Shown here in pieces: positions 36,796 to 60,836 of a stretch of DNA of 64,000 nucleotides. The number at the start of each line of letters is the position of its first letter. The first letter of the stretch is position 1. The DNA is taken from NCBI RefSeq assembly GCF_009914755.1, contig NC_060927.1. The stretch is one strand, 5' to 3'. Below the pieces are notes generated by a model. It had not been told where the DNA came from, made no database searches, and saw only the letters and a program-made list of their open reading frames with translations. The DNA comes from the human T2T-CHM13v2.0 reference genome, Homo sapiens. The position numbers were made by a program, and so were the translations under genes.

Positions 36796-37881
36796 GTTGA
36801 GTTTTAAATGATGATCACAGATTATATTCTTTATTTGCAGACTGAACAAAGTAGTACATTTTCCCTATTAAAGGACCATCTCTCAATTTAGATGTTCCAC
36901 ATAGAAAGCAACTACCTAAAAGGAAAAAGCTACGAAACAGCCTGTATTTTGCAGGTGCAATGGATGATGATCCTAAGATAAAGACAGAAGAATTTTATTT
37001 CCTTCTGAATGATCCTCATCAACATTCCCAGCACACTGCAAGAATTATTTTTTTCTATATATCATCAACTCTGTTGCTTCTCACACTAGGAACAGGGTAA
37101 ACAATCCACAAAGAGTTCTTCAAGAAATTGCTCCCTCCCTCTTGCTAAATTCATTTCTAATAAAGATTTGTTTTTGTTTTGAGAGACAGAGATACTTTGC
37201 CAAATATATTCTCCATATTACCTTTTCCTTTCGTTAACGGAGATACTTAAATCCTGACCTAGGAAGGTTTCCCTTGCATATTTACCTATCAAGACTGTCA
37301 GTTACGGTGATTTCCAAAAGGGATTTTCCAAAAGGGAATCTGTGTTCACAGGGAACTGAAACTCTTAAGTCACTATTTAAATTAGCTGGACAAAAATCAA
37401 AAGCAACATTAGGGAACACTCTGAATATAATGGATATCCAAAGTAAAAAAAAGATGCCAAAATTTAGTGAAAGAAGTAAAGGAATTTAGTAAGCTAGACC
37501 AACAGGATAGACTTGCCATTATTTTTTAACTAAAGTTCTTTATAAATGAAAATCAAGGTAAAAATCAGCTGAACTCTAACAGAAGGAAAAGAAAAACAAG
37601 GGTAAGGGTATTAAGAACTCTGTGATTTCAACCTTATTTTACTTAACATTTTTAAAGTCAAAAATGAGCAAATTACATTTCAGCAATAAAAAGCTATTTC
37701 TAGTTTAAAGTGAATCCATTCCAATCACAACTTCAATACACACTTTCTTCTAGAACAGAACTTAATAACTCATGTAGTTTCATTCTACATTTTTAAAGAC
37801 AGAATCACAAAAATGGGTGATGCTTTCCACTCAAAAGACTATTTTGTATAGTGCAAATTCTTTCAGTGAACATTTTCATAC

Positions 37882-37948
37882 CTTAGTGATGGTAGCTCTC
37901 CTTTCCACTGACATTTACATCTAGACCCCTTCATTTATCTTCCCACAT
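37882..37948 (-). other. LRRFIP2: 67-nt non-coding 5'UTR exon of LRRFIP2
   Basis: Minus strand: polypyrimidine acceptor cccccccttttttttttgccag| and donor AAG|gtatga, in unique sequence 1.5 kb downstream of the CpG island. Confidence 0.75.
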
Positions 37949-39402
37949 CTGGCAAAAAAAAAAGGGGGGGAAGGAGTAAAATCAAAGCAATCACTTATAA
38001 ACCAACAAACTATTCTAAATTCCAGCATTCTGCAAATACTTCAACTTTTATTTCATTACCATTCTTCACGATGATAAATATCCAGCAACAGACCTAACAA
38101 AACATAATACAACACTTCCTATAAAATGAGTAAAGAATGCCATCTCATTAGGCAGATACGAACTTAGGTTTCCTCTATTTCAATTTTCAGATTCATAGCA
38201 ATGATTCACAAAGTGAGTGATCTACCTTCGAAATGAATCACACTTTCTGAAATTCTTATTCTACATATTATAATACTAGGTCATTATCTCTGCATCTGTT
38301 AAACAGAGCATGACGTTGGTTAAACAGGGTTAGTGCTGCAAGATATTCAAACCACAACAACCGTGGAGTCCCTGCCAACTAATTCTATTTGCAACACTGC
38401 ATTCTCCAATAACTGCACTTTTTCATATAGATTTATCCTCAAAATAAAATGTTATCTTGAAAAAATATTATTTTAAACACTGATTAAGAACTTATACATC
38501 CATACCCCGCTCTCCTTCTCTCTTGTTTCATTACTACATCCACATTCTCTTCCCATTATGACAACATAAAAAAATTAAGTCACCTTTATCCTTACATATC
38601 ATTTTTAGTCAATCAATCCACTCTACAATTTTTCTGTTTATAGTAGAAACGCTGAGTCACTAAATGGAAACTCAAAGAAAACCAGCTACTAACAGTTAAG
38701 GTTTAGGATACAATATTTATCTAGCCATGTCTCAGCAGCCTGTATTTGTATCTCCCACGGTGAAAAAAGTAAAGCAAACACTTGAACTTTTTTCCCTCTA
38801 AGAAAGAAAAAGAAGTGGGTTTCCTTAGGTCCTCCTGCATGCTGCTGGTTACTCACAGGCAGGGCTGACTGGAGTTCTGTAACTTAACAATCTGGGTGTC
38901 AATAACGCCTCATATTAGTCAAGTATTAACCCAGCTAGCGCCTGTTAAACCCGCGCGATCCAGCTCAGGTCAAGGAGGAAGAAGTAAAATTCCCAAAAAA
39001 TGCTACGCCCTACACCGTCCTGACACCGTTCCCTGGGGGTGCTCGTCCTGGGACAGAACCGTAGTGTGGCGTCTAAGGAGGAAGAGAAGGCGCCTAGGGC
39101 ACCCGAAACGGAGGGACAGCTGCCCAATTTAATTTCTCCCACAGTGGGAATAACACGTACCTTTTCCCCAGCGCGGTGGAAGGGTGAGCGTTAGAAATCA
39201 GACGGGATGTCTGAGAACGCCGCAGGCAGGGGGCGACCCCAGCCCGGGAGCCCGCCGCGGGCCGGCCAGTCCCCAGGGAAGCCCGGCCCCCTAGCCGAGG
39301 TCGGAGGCGGCGCGGATCCCACGGGACTGCGGAGGCCGGGAAAAAGGTTCCCAACTCCCCGCTCCCTGCTCCCACCGGGCTGGCGGGAGGAGCGGCCCTT
39401 AC

Positions 39403-39560
39403 CTGTGTTAGGGCGCGCGCTGCGACTGCGTCGCTGTCCGGGAAGGGCCGAAGAGCTGCTCGCCCGCCCGGCGCCCGCTGGGGCTATGGGCGAGGGGCGC
39501 AGCTGGACGACTCAGTCCTGGGTCCCCGGCCAGGCGGGCGGGGATGGACGCGGCGGCTCC
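39403..39560 (-). other. LRRFIP2: Candidate first exon A of LRRFIP2 (5' end uncertain)
   Basis: Strong donor CAG|gtaagg at 39403/39402 within the CpG island. Confidence 0.6.
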
Positions 39561-39711
39561 CGGCACTGGCAGCCGGCTAGTCGGTCAGGCCGATGTGCCC
39601 TCTGCGCCGCGGCTGAGACAGCGGGAACCGGCCCCGGGAGGAGCCGCAGCCTGAGCGGCCGACTGAGGAGGCGAAGGATGGGCGGGGCCACAGGGTCGAC
39701 GACCCACTCAC

Positions 39712-39900
39712 CCGGAAGCAGTTGTGGCCGCGACTGCCCGGGAGTGGCGCTTGCCGCGGTCCGGGCTTGCACCCCGCTGGGCAAAGTACCCGGGGCTGTC
39801 ACACGGCGAGCTGAGCCCTGGGCCGGCGGGTGAGGTTCCCCAAGCGGCGATGCCCCTGGCTCCCTGTTCCGCCATTGCGAGCCGTTAGGGCCAAGCTGGA
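39712..39900 (-). other. LRRFIP2: Candidate first exon B of LRRFIP2 (5' end uncertain)
   Basis: Strong donor CGG|gtgagt at 39712/39711, YY1-like aatggcgg on the minus strand near 39870, GC boxes just upstream. Confidence 0.55.
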
Positions 39901-41854
39901 GGGAGGGCGGCGAGGCGCGGCTGCCGGTAGGGCGGGGCCCTGGGCTGCTGGCGGGGCGGAGGCCGGAGGCGGCCTTGGGCGGGTGGCTTCTCTGGGTCCC
40001 ACGGTTCCTGCCCAGGCTCTTCGAACCAGGACCAGTGCGGGTAATGTGAATTGACACTTGTTCCGGTTCAGGGCTGCCCCACCCCTGGTTGCCCCAAACC
40101 CTGCGGCCTGGTGGGCTTGGGCAAGTGGGCTGGAGTAGCGCTCTGTTAGGAAACGAGTATGCGAGGGAGGGAGGGTGGGTGTGGTCGAAATGCCCAAGCC
40201 TCGTTTCAAAAATGAAGACGCATGACCTTAAAATTATTTCTGGAGAAGAATGCTTGCGCGAGAGGTGTGGGGGGGGGGGGCGGGGAGCGGGATGGAGGGA
40301 GGAGTATAGAGTCTGTTAAAAATCTGATAGACACGGACTTGTTATTTATTCCGGAAATATCTAACGAGGCCCACCAGGTTCAAGGCACTGGGGAAGGACC
40401 AGGGTCGTGCATTTGAAAAGCTTACCTTAGTGGAATAGACTGGCTGAAGCAAACAAACAAGGTAATGACAGGTGTAGTATGGCTTTGCAGGAAACACACA
40501 GAGTGATGAAAAAGATTTTGTAGACGAAGCCTCTGGCTGGATAGGATGGCTAAAAAAGACCTCTAGGAGGAAGTGATAGTTGAGGAGCCTCCTGACAAAA
40601 AAGGCACGAAATACACCTAACCACGACTTTACATACAGGGACTGCAGATTCCAGAACCCCCTGAATAAGCCCACTAATTCCATGTTGAGCACCTGTCTCT
40701 AAAGCCTTCTAAGGGCTGTTTCTGTGCTGCCCACTTCCCCTGCAATTTCAGAAGGCTTGATCACCCTTACAGTTTATGGGGGCTGGCACTGTGGCACTAA
40801 TGGGGGAGGTTCGAGAGACAGGGAGAATTATACCCATCAGCTTTGAGAGACAAATTCTTTACCTTTTCACTGTTTCTATGTCACTATATTTCTCAGAGTC
40901 ATGAGTAAACATTAAAACTATGATTTTTACGTTGGCATGTTGTGATCTGAATAAAATGATTAATGACATCTTTTGCCAAATTTGTTGAAGACAAAGTGAG
41001 AGGATCTATTCAGATGCAGTACCTGAATAATACCAAAAACCCAACACGTATTAAATATTAACGACATAATTAATAGATTGTCTGGATAATACATTAGATT
41101 CTCTTGCCCTTTTAATTTTTCTCCTTAGCCACTTGTTTTGATTCATGCAAACCAGCAGAAATATTTTGCATTGTGTTTCTGGGAAAAGGGACTGGGAGGT
41201 AGCTAACACTTAATCACCTTCTATTTACACAGCATTGTGCTTCCAGTATTAGGACTAACCTTGAGATATGGGTATCATTATACCCACTTTAGTAACAAAG
41301 ACATTGAGATTCAGAGAGATTGTGACATACCTAAGGTAGCAAAACTAGTAGCTGGAAGAGCCAAAATTTGAACTCAGATCTCTCTGGCCCTACTAAATGC
41401 ATCACCATAAATTATTTCATGGGCAATCTTTCCCTGCACCTTAATTGATTTATTTCTGCCAAATGTATGTGTTCCTAGATCTTTATGGAATATTCTGACA
41501 TGGGAATGCCCCCAGGTCTGTGAGGACTGGCTTCTCTGGGGTTGTATCAATAGATGAAGGAAAATTTTGCAGTTGTTTATACAGTTTGGGGGGTTGAGGT
41601 GGTACAATTTGTACATTTTTGTTCCTTTCATAGCAAATTCTTCAGTTTTCTTTGATGAGGCCAAGCAATAAATTTTTTCCTTTCTTAAGAGCAAATACTT
41701 ATTTTTGTGGTTTTCACAAAAGTTGTCTTTCACAAACACGGTAATACTGTGTTTCACACTGCACATCTCTAAGATGTGAAAGATCATTAGTTCAAACATT
41801 AAAAGTAGGATACCACTTTTGAAAGCCTAATATTTGTATTGGTAAAGTGTGTCT

Positions 41855-46422
<4,568 letters not shown>

Positions 46423-46429
46423 ACCCCAA

Positions 46430-46810
46430 TCAGCTTTTCTCCATATTGGCTTATACTCAGACTTCATCATGTGGCAACAAGACAGTTCTCAAAAACTTTA
46501 GTTCTATATTCACTCCAGTCCAAGTCCAGCAAGAGATCCCTTCCAGTAGCTCCTAGATTCACTGAACCAATTACCTTGCTACAGTAATTTGTTAAAGGAT
46601 AGAGAGTTACCTTCCCATCCTTTAACAAATTACTGTAGCAAGGAAAACTCTTGTGCTATGATTAGCCAAATTTGAGTCATATGCTTTACCTCTGGTCCAC
46701 CCAAAGATCATGGACTATAGGAGAGGAGTGGTTCCCGGAAGAACAAAATGGAGTACTGTCACCAAAATATAGAAATGGATACTGATGGTGAAAACACAAT
46801 GCTTACTACA
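46430..46810 (-). mobile_element. Old MLT1 (K/L-like) LTR fragment
   Basis: Degenerate cccatcc..aac.aattactgt.gc.agg, tgatt.gcc...gagtcatatgc, and terminal actaca motifs. Confidence 0.5.
46574..46643. repeat. Perfect 27-bp inverted repeat with 16-nt spacer
   Basis: ccttgctacagtaatttgttaaaggat (46574-46600) and atcctttaacaaattactgtagcaagg (46617-46643). Confidence 0.97.
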
Positions 46811-47834
46811 CCAACTAACTCAAAGGCCTATGCATTGTTTCTTCCTTAAGCTTTTGAAAGAAGTTAGTCACTGCCATGGCACTCACTTTGAATCTCTTCC
46901 AATTCCACACACAATACTGCATTTTTTCCCCTGAATCATCAGGCAGTCATATATTCAGTTGCCATTGAAAAGTAAATGCATGATTATGAAAGTTAACCAG
47001 CTGGAAGGGTCAGTATTTCAGTACATCACTTTTCAGGACACTCCCAACTGGTATTGCAGGTAGTTTCTTGTCCTTAAAATTCTTTCCTGTTGTCAAGCTA
47101 CCTGAAACGTATTTGTCCTCGATACCCTAGGGGCAGGGTGGCTGATAACTAAGGTGCCTGGGAAACACTTCAGAAGCAAGTGACAATGAATTGGCTTAAG
47201 AAGCCAATTCATCTTTTAGATGGATATTTATACTGTAGAATCTTGAAAGGAAAATTTATCTACAGATATGTCTGTTTTCAGTTTCTTTTCCTTTTTGCAC
47301 TAACAAGTTATTTTCCCCACATGACGTTTAATCTACCTTACAAAACATTTTTAACATTTTAGTTCAAAATTTGCTTCAGAAAATGGATGACTTTGGTGTG
47401 AAACGATTGTTGACTCTATTATTCTAGAATTTGGGATGGCGCCTCTAGTTTGCTGCTTCCTTGGACACCAAACATAACATTCTCTGTTCTAGGACGTGCT
47501 TCAAGTCGGTCATGAGACTGGCAGAAAATCAAACCAAACTAAATGAATGGTTGTTGAAGTTAATCTCCCATCCTGGAGCTGTGCATGCCATGGAGTAGCC
47601 AGCTTTTAACAGGCACAATCCTGATCAAAATCACTGCTCTGTGGTCCTGCTCATCAGAATATTATGGAAACTAGATTTAGGCCTGGTTTCCTTAAAAATA
47701 GATGTGATAATGAAATAATCATGTATTATAGCCATTACAATTTCTATTGTAGGAGAAAGTGGATAATGTTTTAACGTAAAACAGTAGGTTACTAAACAAT
47801 ATGTTCTAGATGAACATTTAACATTTTTGTTTTA

Positions 47835-53588
<5,754 letters not shown>

Positions 53589-55194
53589 TTTTTTTTTTTT
53601 TTTTTTTTGTATGTTTGGACATTTTCGTAACAAGAAGTTAAATTTTAAATAAGTAAATAAATAAAGGCTTTAATGCAATTTATGTCTGCACTTGGCTTAT
53701 GCCCTGGGGAAGAGACTGAATGAATGAATCCAAAGAACTGTAATATCGGGATCCCTGTACCACTTGGTTTTGAGTGCTCTTGTCTAAATGTGTAATCCTG
53801 AGGAAAAAGGCATCTCCCTTCCTTTTTTAGTGGAAGGCTTGAAGGAAGGTGTACCAGTATCAGCCCCAGCGAGGACACAAATCTCAATCCAAGTCATTTC
53901 TTTCAGATGGCCTATGTGTTAGCAAGAGATCACAGTATTGGTAGCTGGAACTTGGGTTTGAGATGGGCTGCAATTATTTCTGACTGGGGCTTTAGTAGAC
54001 ATAAGGATACTGTGCTGAAATCCTGTGGTCAGCAGTGGAAGTTGACAAAAGGCATGGCTTTTCAAGGGTATAACTTTGACAAAGATATTGCTTTAAAACA
54101 TTTCAGAATCAGCAGTGACACCGGGCTCTCAGCTTCTGCAGCAGCTAGGGTGATACCTTCCAGAGCAATCAGCTGTGGTTGTGACCACTGTGACTCCTAA
54201 GCTTATCAGGGGAAGGAGGTTGAGCTAAGAGGGGAGAAGGAAAGGTCTAGATTTTCCACTAATCTAGGCACATGCAGCTTGAGTTGACAAATGAAAGGCA
54301 TCCTTATGGTGAGATGTCTTATGTTCCTCAGCTGATGAAGCAGGATTTACTCATTACCTGTTCTTGAATTGTATGATTTTAGTATTATATTTTATGGAAA
54401 CAACTTTTGACTATGATTCAGAGATGTGACTAGAGTATCTCTGCCACTCCCTTGTCACTTGTGTCATCTTGGGCAGGTTGATCTTCTTTAAATTAAGATA
54501 ATAAGACCTTGCCTGTCTACCTCCATGGTTGTTGTGAGGATCATAAGAGATAATATATAAAACTATAATTTTTGTAAACTAGCTGTATAAATCTAGGCAT
54601 CATTATTATTGTAAGTGACTAAGTGATTTACATCTTAAAGCCCCTTATTTTCCTTGATTCTATGTTAACAATAAATGTTTAATTGGTGTGCTATAAAATT
54701 AGATAGTTCCAAAACAACTACAAAGAAATTTAGTGTATAGTATGATCTTTCTACGTTCTGCAGTGTTACATAGGAATTCCTGGGAATAAGAAAAATTTTA
54801 TCCAGTTGCTATTTTATAGTTATATCCTTGACTGTATTCTCATCAATTTAGGAGACAAATAAGTTACTTATTTATTCCATAAATAGTGCCAATTATTTTA
54901 TAATCTCAATTTAAGAAGTCAATATTTATTATGTTCAATAATGTATAATCAGGCCAGGCACAGTGGCTCATGCCTATAATCCTAGCACTTTGGGAGGCTG
55001 AGGCGGGTGGATCATTTGAGGTGAGGAGTTTGAGACCGGCCTGACCAACATGGTGAAACCCCGTCTCTACTAAAAATACAAAAATTAGCTGGCATGGTGG
55101 CACTTGCCTGTAGTCCCAGCTACTCAGGAGGCTGAGCCGAGATCGTGCCACTACACTCAAGTCTGGGCAACAGAGCAAGATTCCATCTCAAAAA

Positions 55195-55225
<31 letters not shown>

Positions 55226-55432
55226 AATACAAAAGTAAACATACAAAAATTAGCTGGGAGTGGTGGTGTGTGCCTGTAATCCCAGCCACTTGGGAGGCTG
55301 AGGCAGGAGAATCACTTAAACCCAGGAGGTGGAGGCAAGATCGAACACTGCACTCCAGCCTGGGCAACAGAGCAAGACTCCGTCTCAAATAATAACAATA
55401 ATAATAATGTATAATCAATCAGAAGATTAGAG

Positions 55433-56346
<914 letters not shown>

Positions 56347-56520
56347 TAGACTAGACGATTCAAAGGGATAGAAATAAAAATGTTTTTCTAAGTTGCTAGC
56401 TCCCTGTTAGTATAAATAAACCTGGGATACAGGTACTCAAATGACGCATATTTCAAAAACTCAGTTATGGTTTTTTAAATGAAATTACATTTAATTTTTT
56501 TTTTTTTTTTTTTTTTTTGA

Positions 56521-56742
<222 letters not shown>

Positions 56743-58176
56743 TGATCCACCCGCCTCAGCCTCCCAAAGCGCTGGGATTACAGGCATGAGCTACCGTGCC
56801 CGGCCAATTTTTTTTTTTTTTTTTTTTTTGAGACAGGACCTCACTCTTGTTAACCAGAGTGCAGTGCTGCGATCTTGGCTCACTGCAACCACTCCTTCCT
56901 GGGCTCAAGGGATACTCCAGCCTCAGCCTCCTGAGTAGCTGCAGATATGGTTTTAACATGCAATGACCAACTAAGCCAATTTTAAGAAATTAAAAGCCAA
57001 TTTTGTTTTTGAGACAGTCTCACTTTATTGCCCAGGCTGGAGTGCAGTGGCACAATCTCAGTTCACTGCAACCTCCATCTCCTGGTTCAAGCGATTCTCC
57101 TGCCTCAGCCCCCCAGGTTTCTAGGACTACAGGTGCACACCACCATGCCCAGCTAATTTTTATATTTTTTTAGAGACAGGGTTTCACCATGTTGGCCAGG
57201 CTGATCTCGAACTCCTGACCTCAGATGATCCGCCCACCTCAGCCTCCCAAAGTGCTGGGATTACAGGCATGAGCCATGGCACCCGGCCACGAAAATCTTA
57301 TTTACAAAATGTAATAAATAAAATATGAATAAGTATAATGCAATTAAATAATTTAAAAATTTCCCATTTTGCTCATTGATGGTGGCAGAAAAAAAGAGAA
57401 TTGGGATTATATTAGTTCTCTGACTAACACACAATAGAAACTGACTCTGACTAAGGGAAGAAGGGGTTTATTGGAAAAAGGATTCTTGAGTAGTTCCAGA
57501 ACTGAGGGAAGAGATAGAGATCATGACCTTTGGAAGGACAGGAAACTGGGAAGCTCCAGGTCCTTACCAGCAGGTGACCCTGGGCCTGCTCTCAGGGCAC
57601 ATCTATGAGACTTCAAGAGGCTTTCATTGGAGTTTCAAGTTTTATGGAGAAATAAATTGATGGGCCCAGTTTATGGCCACGTAGCCAAAGGGAGGGAATA
57701 ATGTGATTGGTAACCTCCCTGGAGTCCCATGGTTGAAATGGAGAAGGAAGAAAGGAGAGGTAAGTAGGATTAAGGGATGCCAGGCCGAGGAGAACCAACA
57801 GATGTGTGCACAGCTTGTCAGGAAACATGGGCTATAATCTCAACTTCACCAAACGGGTGAATATACTGGGCTTCAGTATTATGTTCAATATGTAATAATT
57901 ATATATTAGTATAAAACGAGGGGCAAAAGACCCATCTGCCATAAAATTATTCATTGGCCACAGTGCAGAGGATTTGGTTTTTTTGAGTTAAAGAATTTTT
58001 TTTTTTTCTTAAGAGACAAGGTCTCGCTCTGTCACACCGGCTGGAGTGCAGTAGCACTATCATAGCTTACTGTAACCTCGAATTCCTGGCCTCAAGCCAT
58101 TGTCCCGAATCAGCCTCCCAAAGTGTTGGGATTATAGGCATGAGCCACCATACCAGGCCAAGAGCTTTGTATATTC

Positions 58177-58234
58177 ATATACAGAATTCATAAACAGTTC
58201 ACCTGATATACAGAATTCATAAACAGTTTACCTG
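58177..58234 (+). repeat. 29-bp tandem duplication
   Basis: atatacagaattcataaacagtt(c/t)acctg twice. Confidence 0.93.
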
Positions 58235-58260
58235 AACCAACAAGAAAAGACATCAAATAG

Positions 58261-58491
<231 letters not shown>

Positions 58492-58668
58492 TAGGAGAGA
58501 TAGGTTTTCGCCATGTTGCCCAGGCTGGTCTCAAACTCCTAGTGATCCATCTGCCTCAGCCTCCCAGAGTGCTGAGATTACAGGTGTGAACCACCATGCC
58601 CGGCCTAGAGATACAAATTAAAACCACCATGAGATAATACTGCGTATCTACTAGAATAGGTAAAATGA

Positions 58669-58908
<240 letters not shown>

Positions 58909-59546
58909 TAGTAGAGATGGGGTTTCATCACGTTGACCAGGCTGGTCTTGAACTCCTGACTTCAGGTGATCTGCCCGCCTCAGCCTCCTACAGTGCTGGG
59001 ATTACAGGCATGAGCCACTGTGCCCAGCCTACTTTCATACATTGTTAAAAGCAGTATCAAATGATACAACCATGTTGGAGAACTCTTCAGCAATATACAC
59101 TAAAGCTGAACACATTCATGCCCCAGAATCCATAAATTCCACTTCTACTTATGTACCCAGGCACCTAAAATACTCTTCCTTAATGGGTTTAGGCCTGGGG
59201 CCACAAACTCAAATGCACACAGAAAGATTCTATCATATGATCAATTGTGGTAGACAGTAGGGAGTGTCAAGGACTGTGGTTAAACTGGAGAGCTCCCTAT
59301 TAAGATTATGTTAAAAAAAAAAAAAAAAAAAAGACAGCCTGGCCAACATGGTGAAACCCCATCTCTACCAAAAATACAAAAATTAGCTGGGCTTCCTGGC
59401 AGGCACCTGTAATCCCAGCTACTCGGGGGCCAAGGTAGGAGAATTCGTTGAACACAGGAGGCAGAGGTTGTAGTGAGCTGAGATTGCCCCACTGCATTCC
59501 AGCCTGGGCAACAAAGCAAGACCCTGTCTCAAAAAGAAAAAAAAGA

Positions 59547-60078
59547 GAGGAGTTCTTATCTATACCTGTAGCCATTCTTTCCAAGGGCTCATTGCACTTT
59601 GTGCAGGTCTTCAGATGCAAGAAGACAGCCACAGCTGTGGCACACTGCAAACGCAGCAATCAAGGTGAACAGGCGGCCCCTGGAGATGATCGAGCTATAC
59701 ATACCAATATATGAGCTGCTGGAACCAGTTCTGCTTCCAGACAAGGAGTGATTTGCTGGCATGGACGTGTCCATGTGAAGGGTGGTGATCACATGGCCTA
59801 GATATATGCTATCCATCAGTCCAGCCTCAAAGCCCTGGTGTCCTATTACCAGAAGTATATGGATGAGTTTTCCAAGGAGGAGATCAAAGACAAAGATCAA
59901 AGACATCCTCATACAGTACGACCAGATCCTGCTGGTGGCTGACCTCCACCACCACTAATCCAAAAAATTAAGAGACGCTGGTACCCATGCTTGCTACCAG
60001 AAATCCTACCAATAAGCCCATCATGAGAATTGGGGTTTACTTGTATAATAAACAATGTTTGAGAGATTTTTAAAAAAA
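59547..60078 (+). pseudogene. RPS16P4: RPS16 processed pseudogene (CDS-equivalent 59574-60015)
   Basis: Intronless [44 protein letters not shown] is mutated to ATT, with stops, frameshifts and an internal agatcaaagac duplication. AATAAA at 60047 and a short A tail. The numbered symbol is from recall. Confidence 0.92.
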
Positions 60079-60086
60079 CAGAGATG

Positions 60087-60190
60087 ATCCTTTTGTAGTT
60101 CATGAGCATGATGATTGGGTGTTCCTGCCCACGTGTGAGATGAGCCACCCTCGAACCTTGTTACCATGTTGACATATTACCTGACTGACG
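60087..60190 (+). pseudogene. U13 (SNORD13) box C/D snoRNA retrocopy
   Basis: atccttttgtagttcatgagcatgatgattgggtgttc...ccaccctcgaaccttgttac...ctgac followed by an A-rich tail (to 60209). Confidence 0.92.
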
Positions 60191-60476
60191 TGAGAAAAAC
60201 AAAAAAAAAGGAGATTATGTTAAGTGCCTGGGAAATACTCTTCTTACTGAGGAAGAAACACCTGGCCAGTTGTACATACTGGCCAGGAGAGCATTTTCAG
60301 TAGAAGTTATTCAAGTGGGTACTATGGACACCATTTGGTATAACTTCCCATCACTCTTGTACACTTTCCTCTGGAAATAGCCCTGCTGCCATGTCTAGAC
60401 TTCAAGGTTTTGCCTCTCTCTCAATGGCTAATTGCTCTTGAGTGGACACCTTACCCAAGCCAGGAGCAGTGGATTC

Positions 60477-60836
60477 TGTTGGTGCTCTACCCAGATCTCC
60501 TTGACTAGGCAGTGCACCATCCCCCAGCTGCTGTGAATGTTGGCTATGAACACCTCACAGGTGGCTTTGCTATTGAATCATCTTCCCAAAAATGCTTGAG
60601 AAAGTATGTTCTCCCCCTCGAGGGAGAGGAACACCATTGCTTCAAAGTGGGATAACTCAGTCATGTCATTCACTCTCCAGGTCCCACCACCGGATCAGGC
60701 TGAGGCTAGGCTTGCTTAGCTCTGTCTCCTGTACCACCCTGCTTCCCTCACTCCCTTAATGGATTTCTCCTGAGAGCACTCTCCCCGTACATCACAACAG
60801 AATCCCTCTGCCTTTGGGGAACCCAAGCTAAGTCAT
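60477..60836 (+). mobile_element. LTR16-like ERVL LTR
   Basis: tgttggtgctctacccagatctcc start, ctgcttccctcactccctt, gggaacccaagctaagtca end. Confidence 0.55.

Larger units (their letters stand above)
38930..40300. promoter_or_regulatory. CpG island / LRRFIP2 promoter
   Basis: Abrupt GC- and CpG-rich stretch in AT-rich surroundings. GGGCGGGG boxes near 39680 and 39930, ETS-like ccggaag at 39712. Confidence 0.92.

Noticed and set aside
39207-40209. Long ORFs (208, 181 and 136 aa) in the CpG island
   Set aside because: They overlap on both strands and are Gly/Arg/Pro/Ala-rich, as expected from stop-codon scarcity in GC-rich DNA. No recognisable domain.
41374-41799. 141-aa minus-strand ORF upstream of the promoter
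   Set aside because: Non-ATG start, AT-rich composition, no recognisable homology or splice context.
47435-47455. CTCF-like ggcgcctctagtttg
   Set aside because: Spacing and 5' core do not fit the consensus well.
59448-59714. 88-aa ORF fusing Alu sequence to RPS16-like KKTATAVAHCKR
   Set aside because: Starts in an Alu at a non-ATG codon and frameshifts after about 27 RPS16 codons. No promoter evidence.
60261-60287. 10-bp stem cctggccagt/actggccagg
   Set aside because: Short, and there is no context suggesting function.
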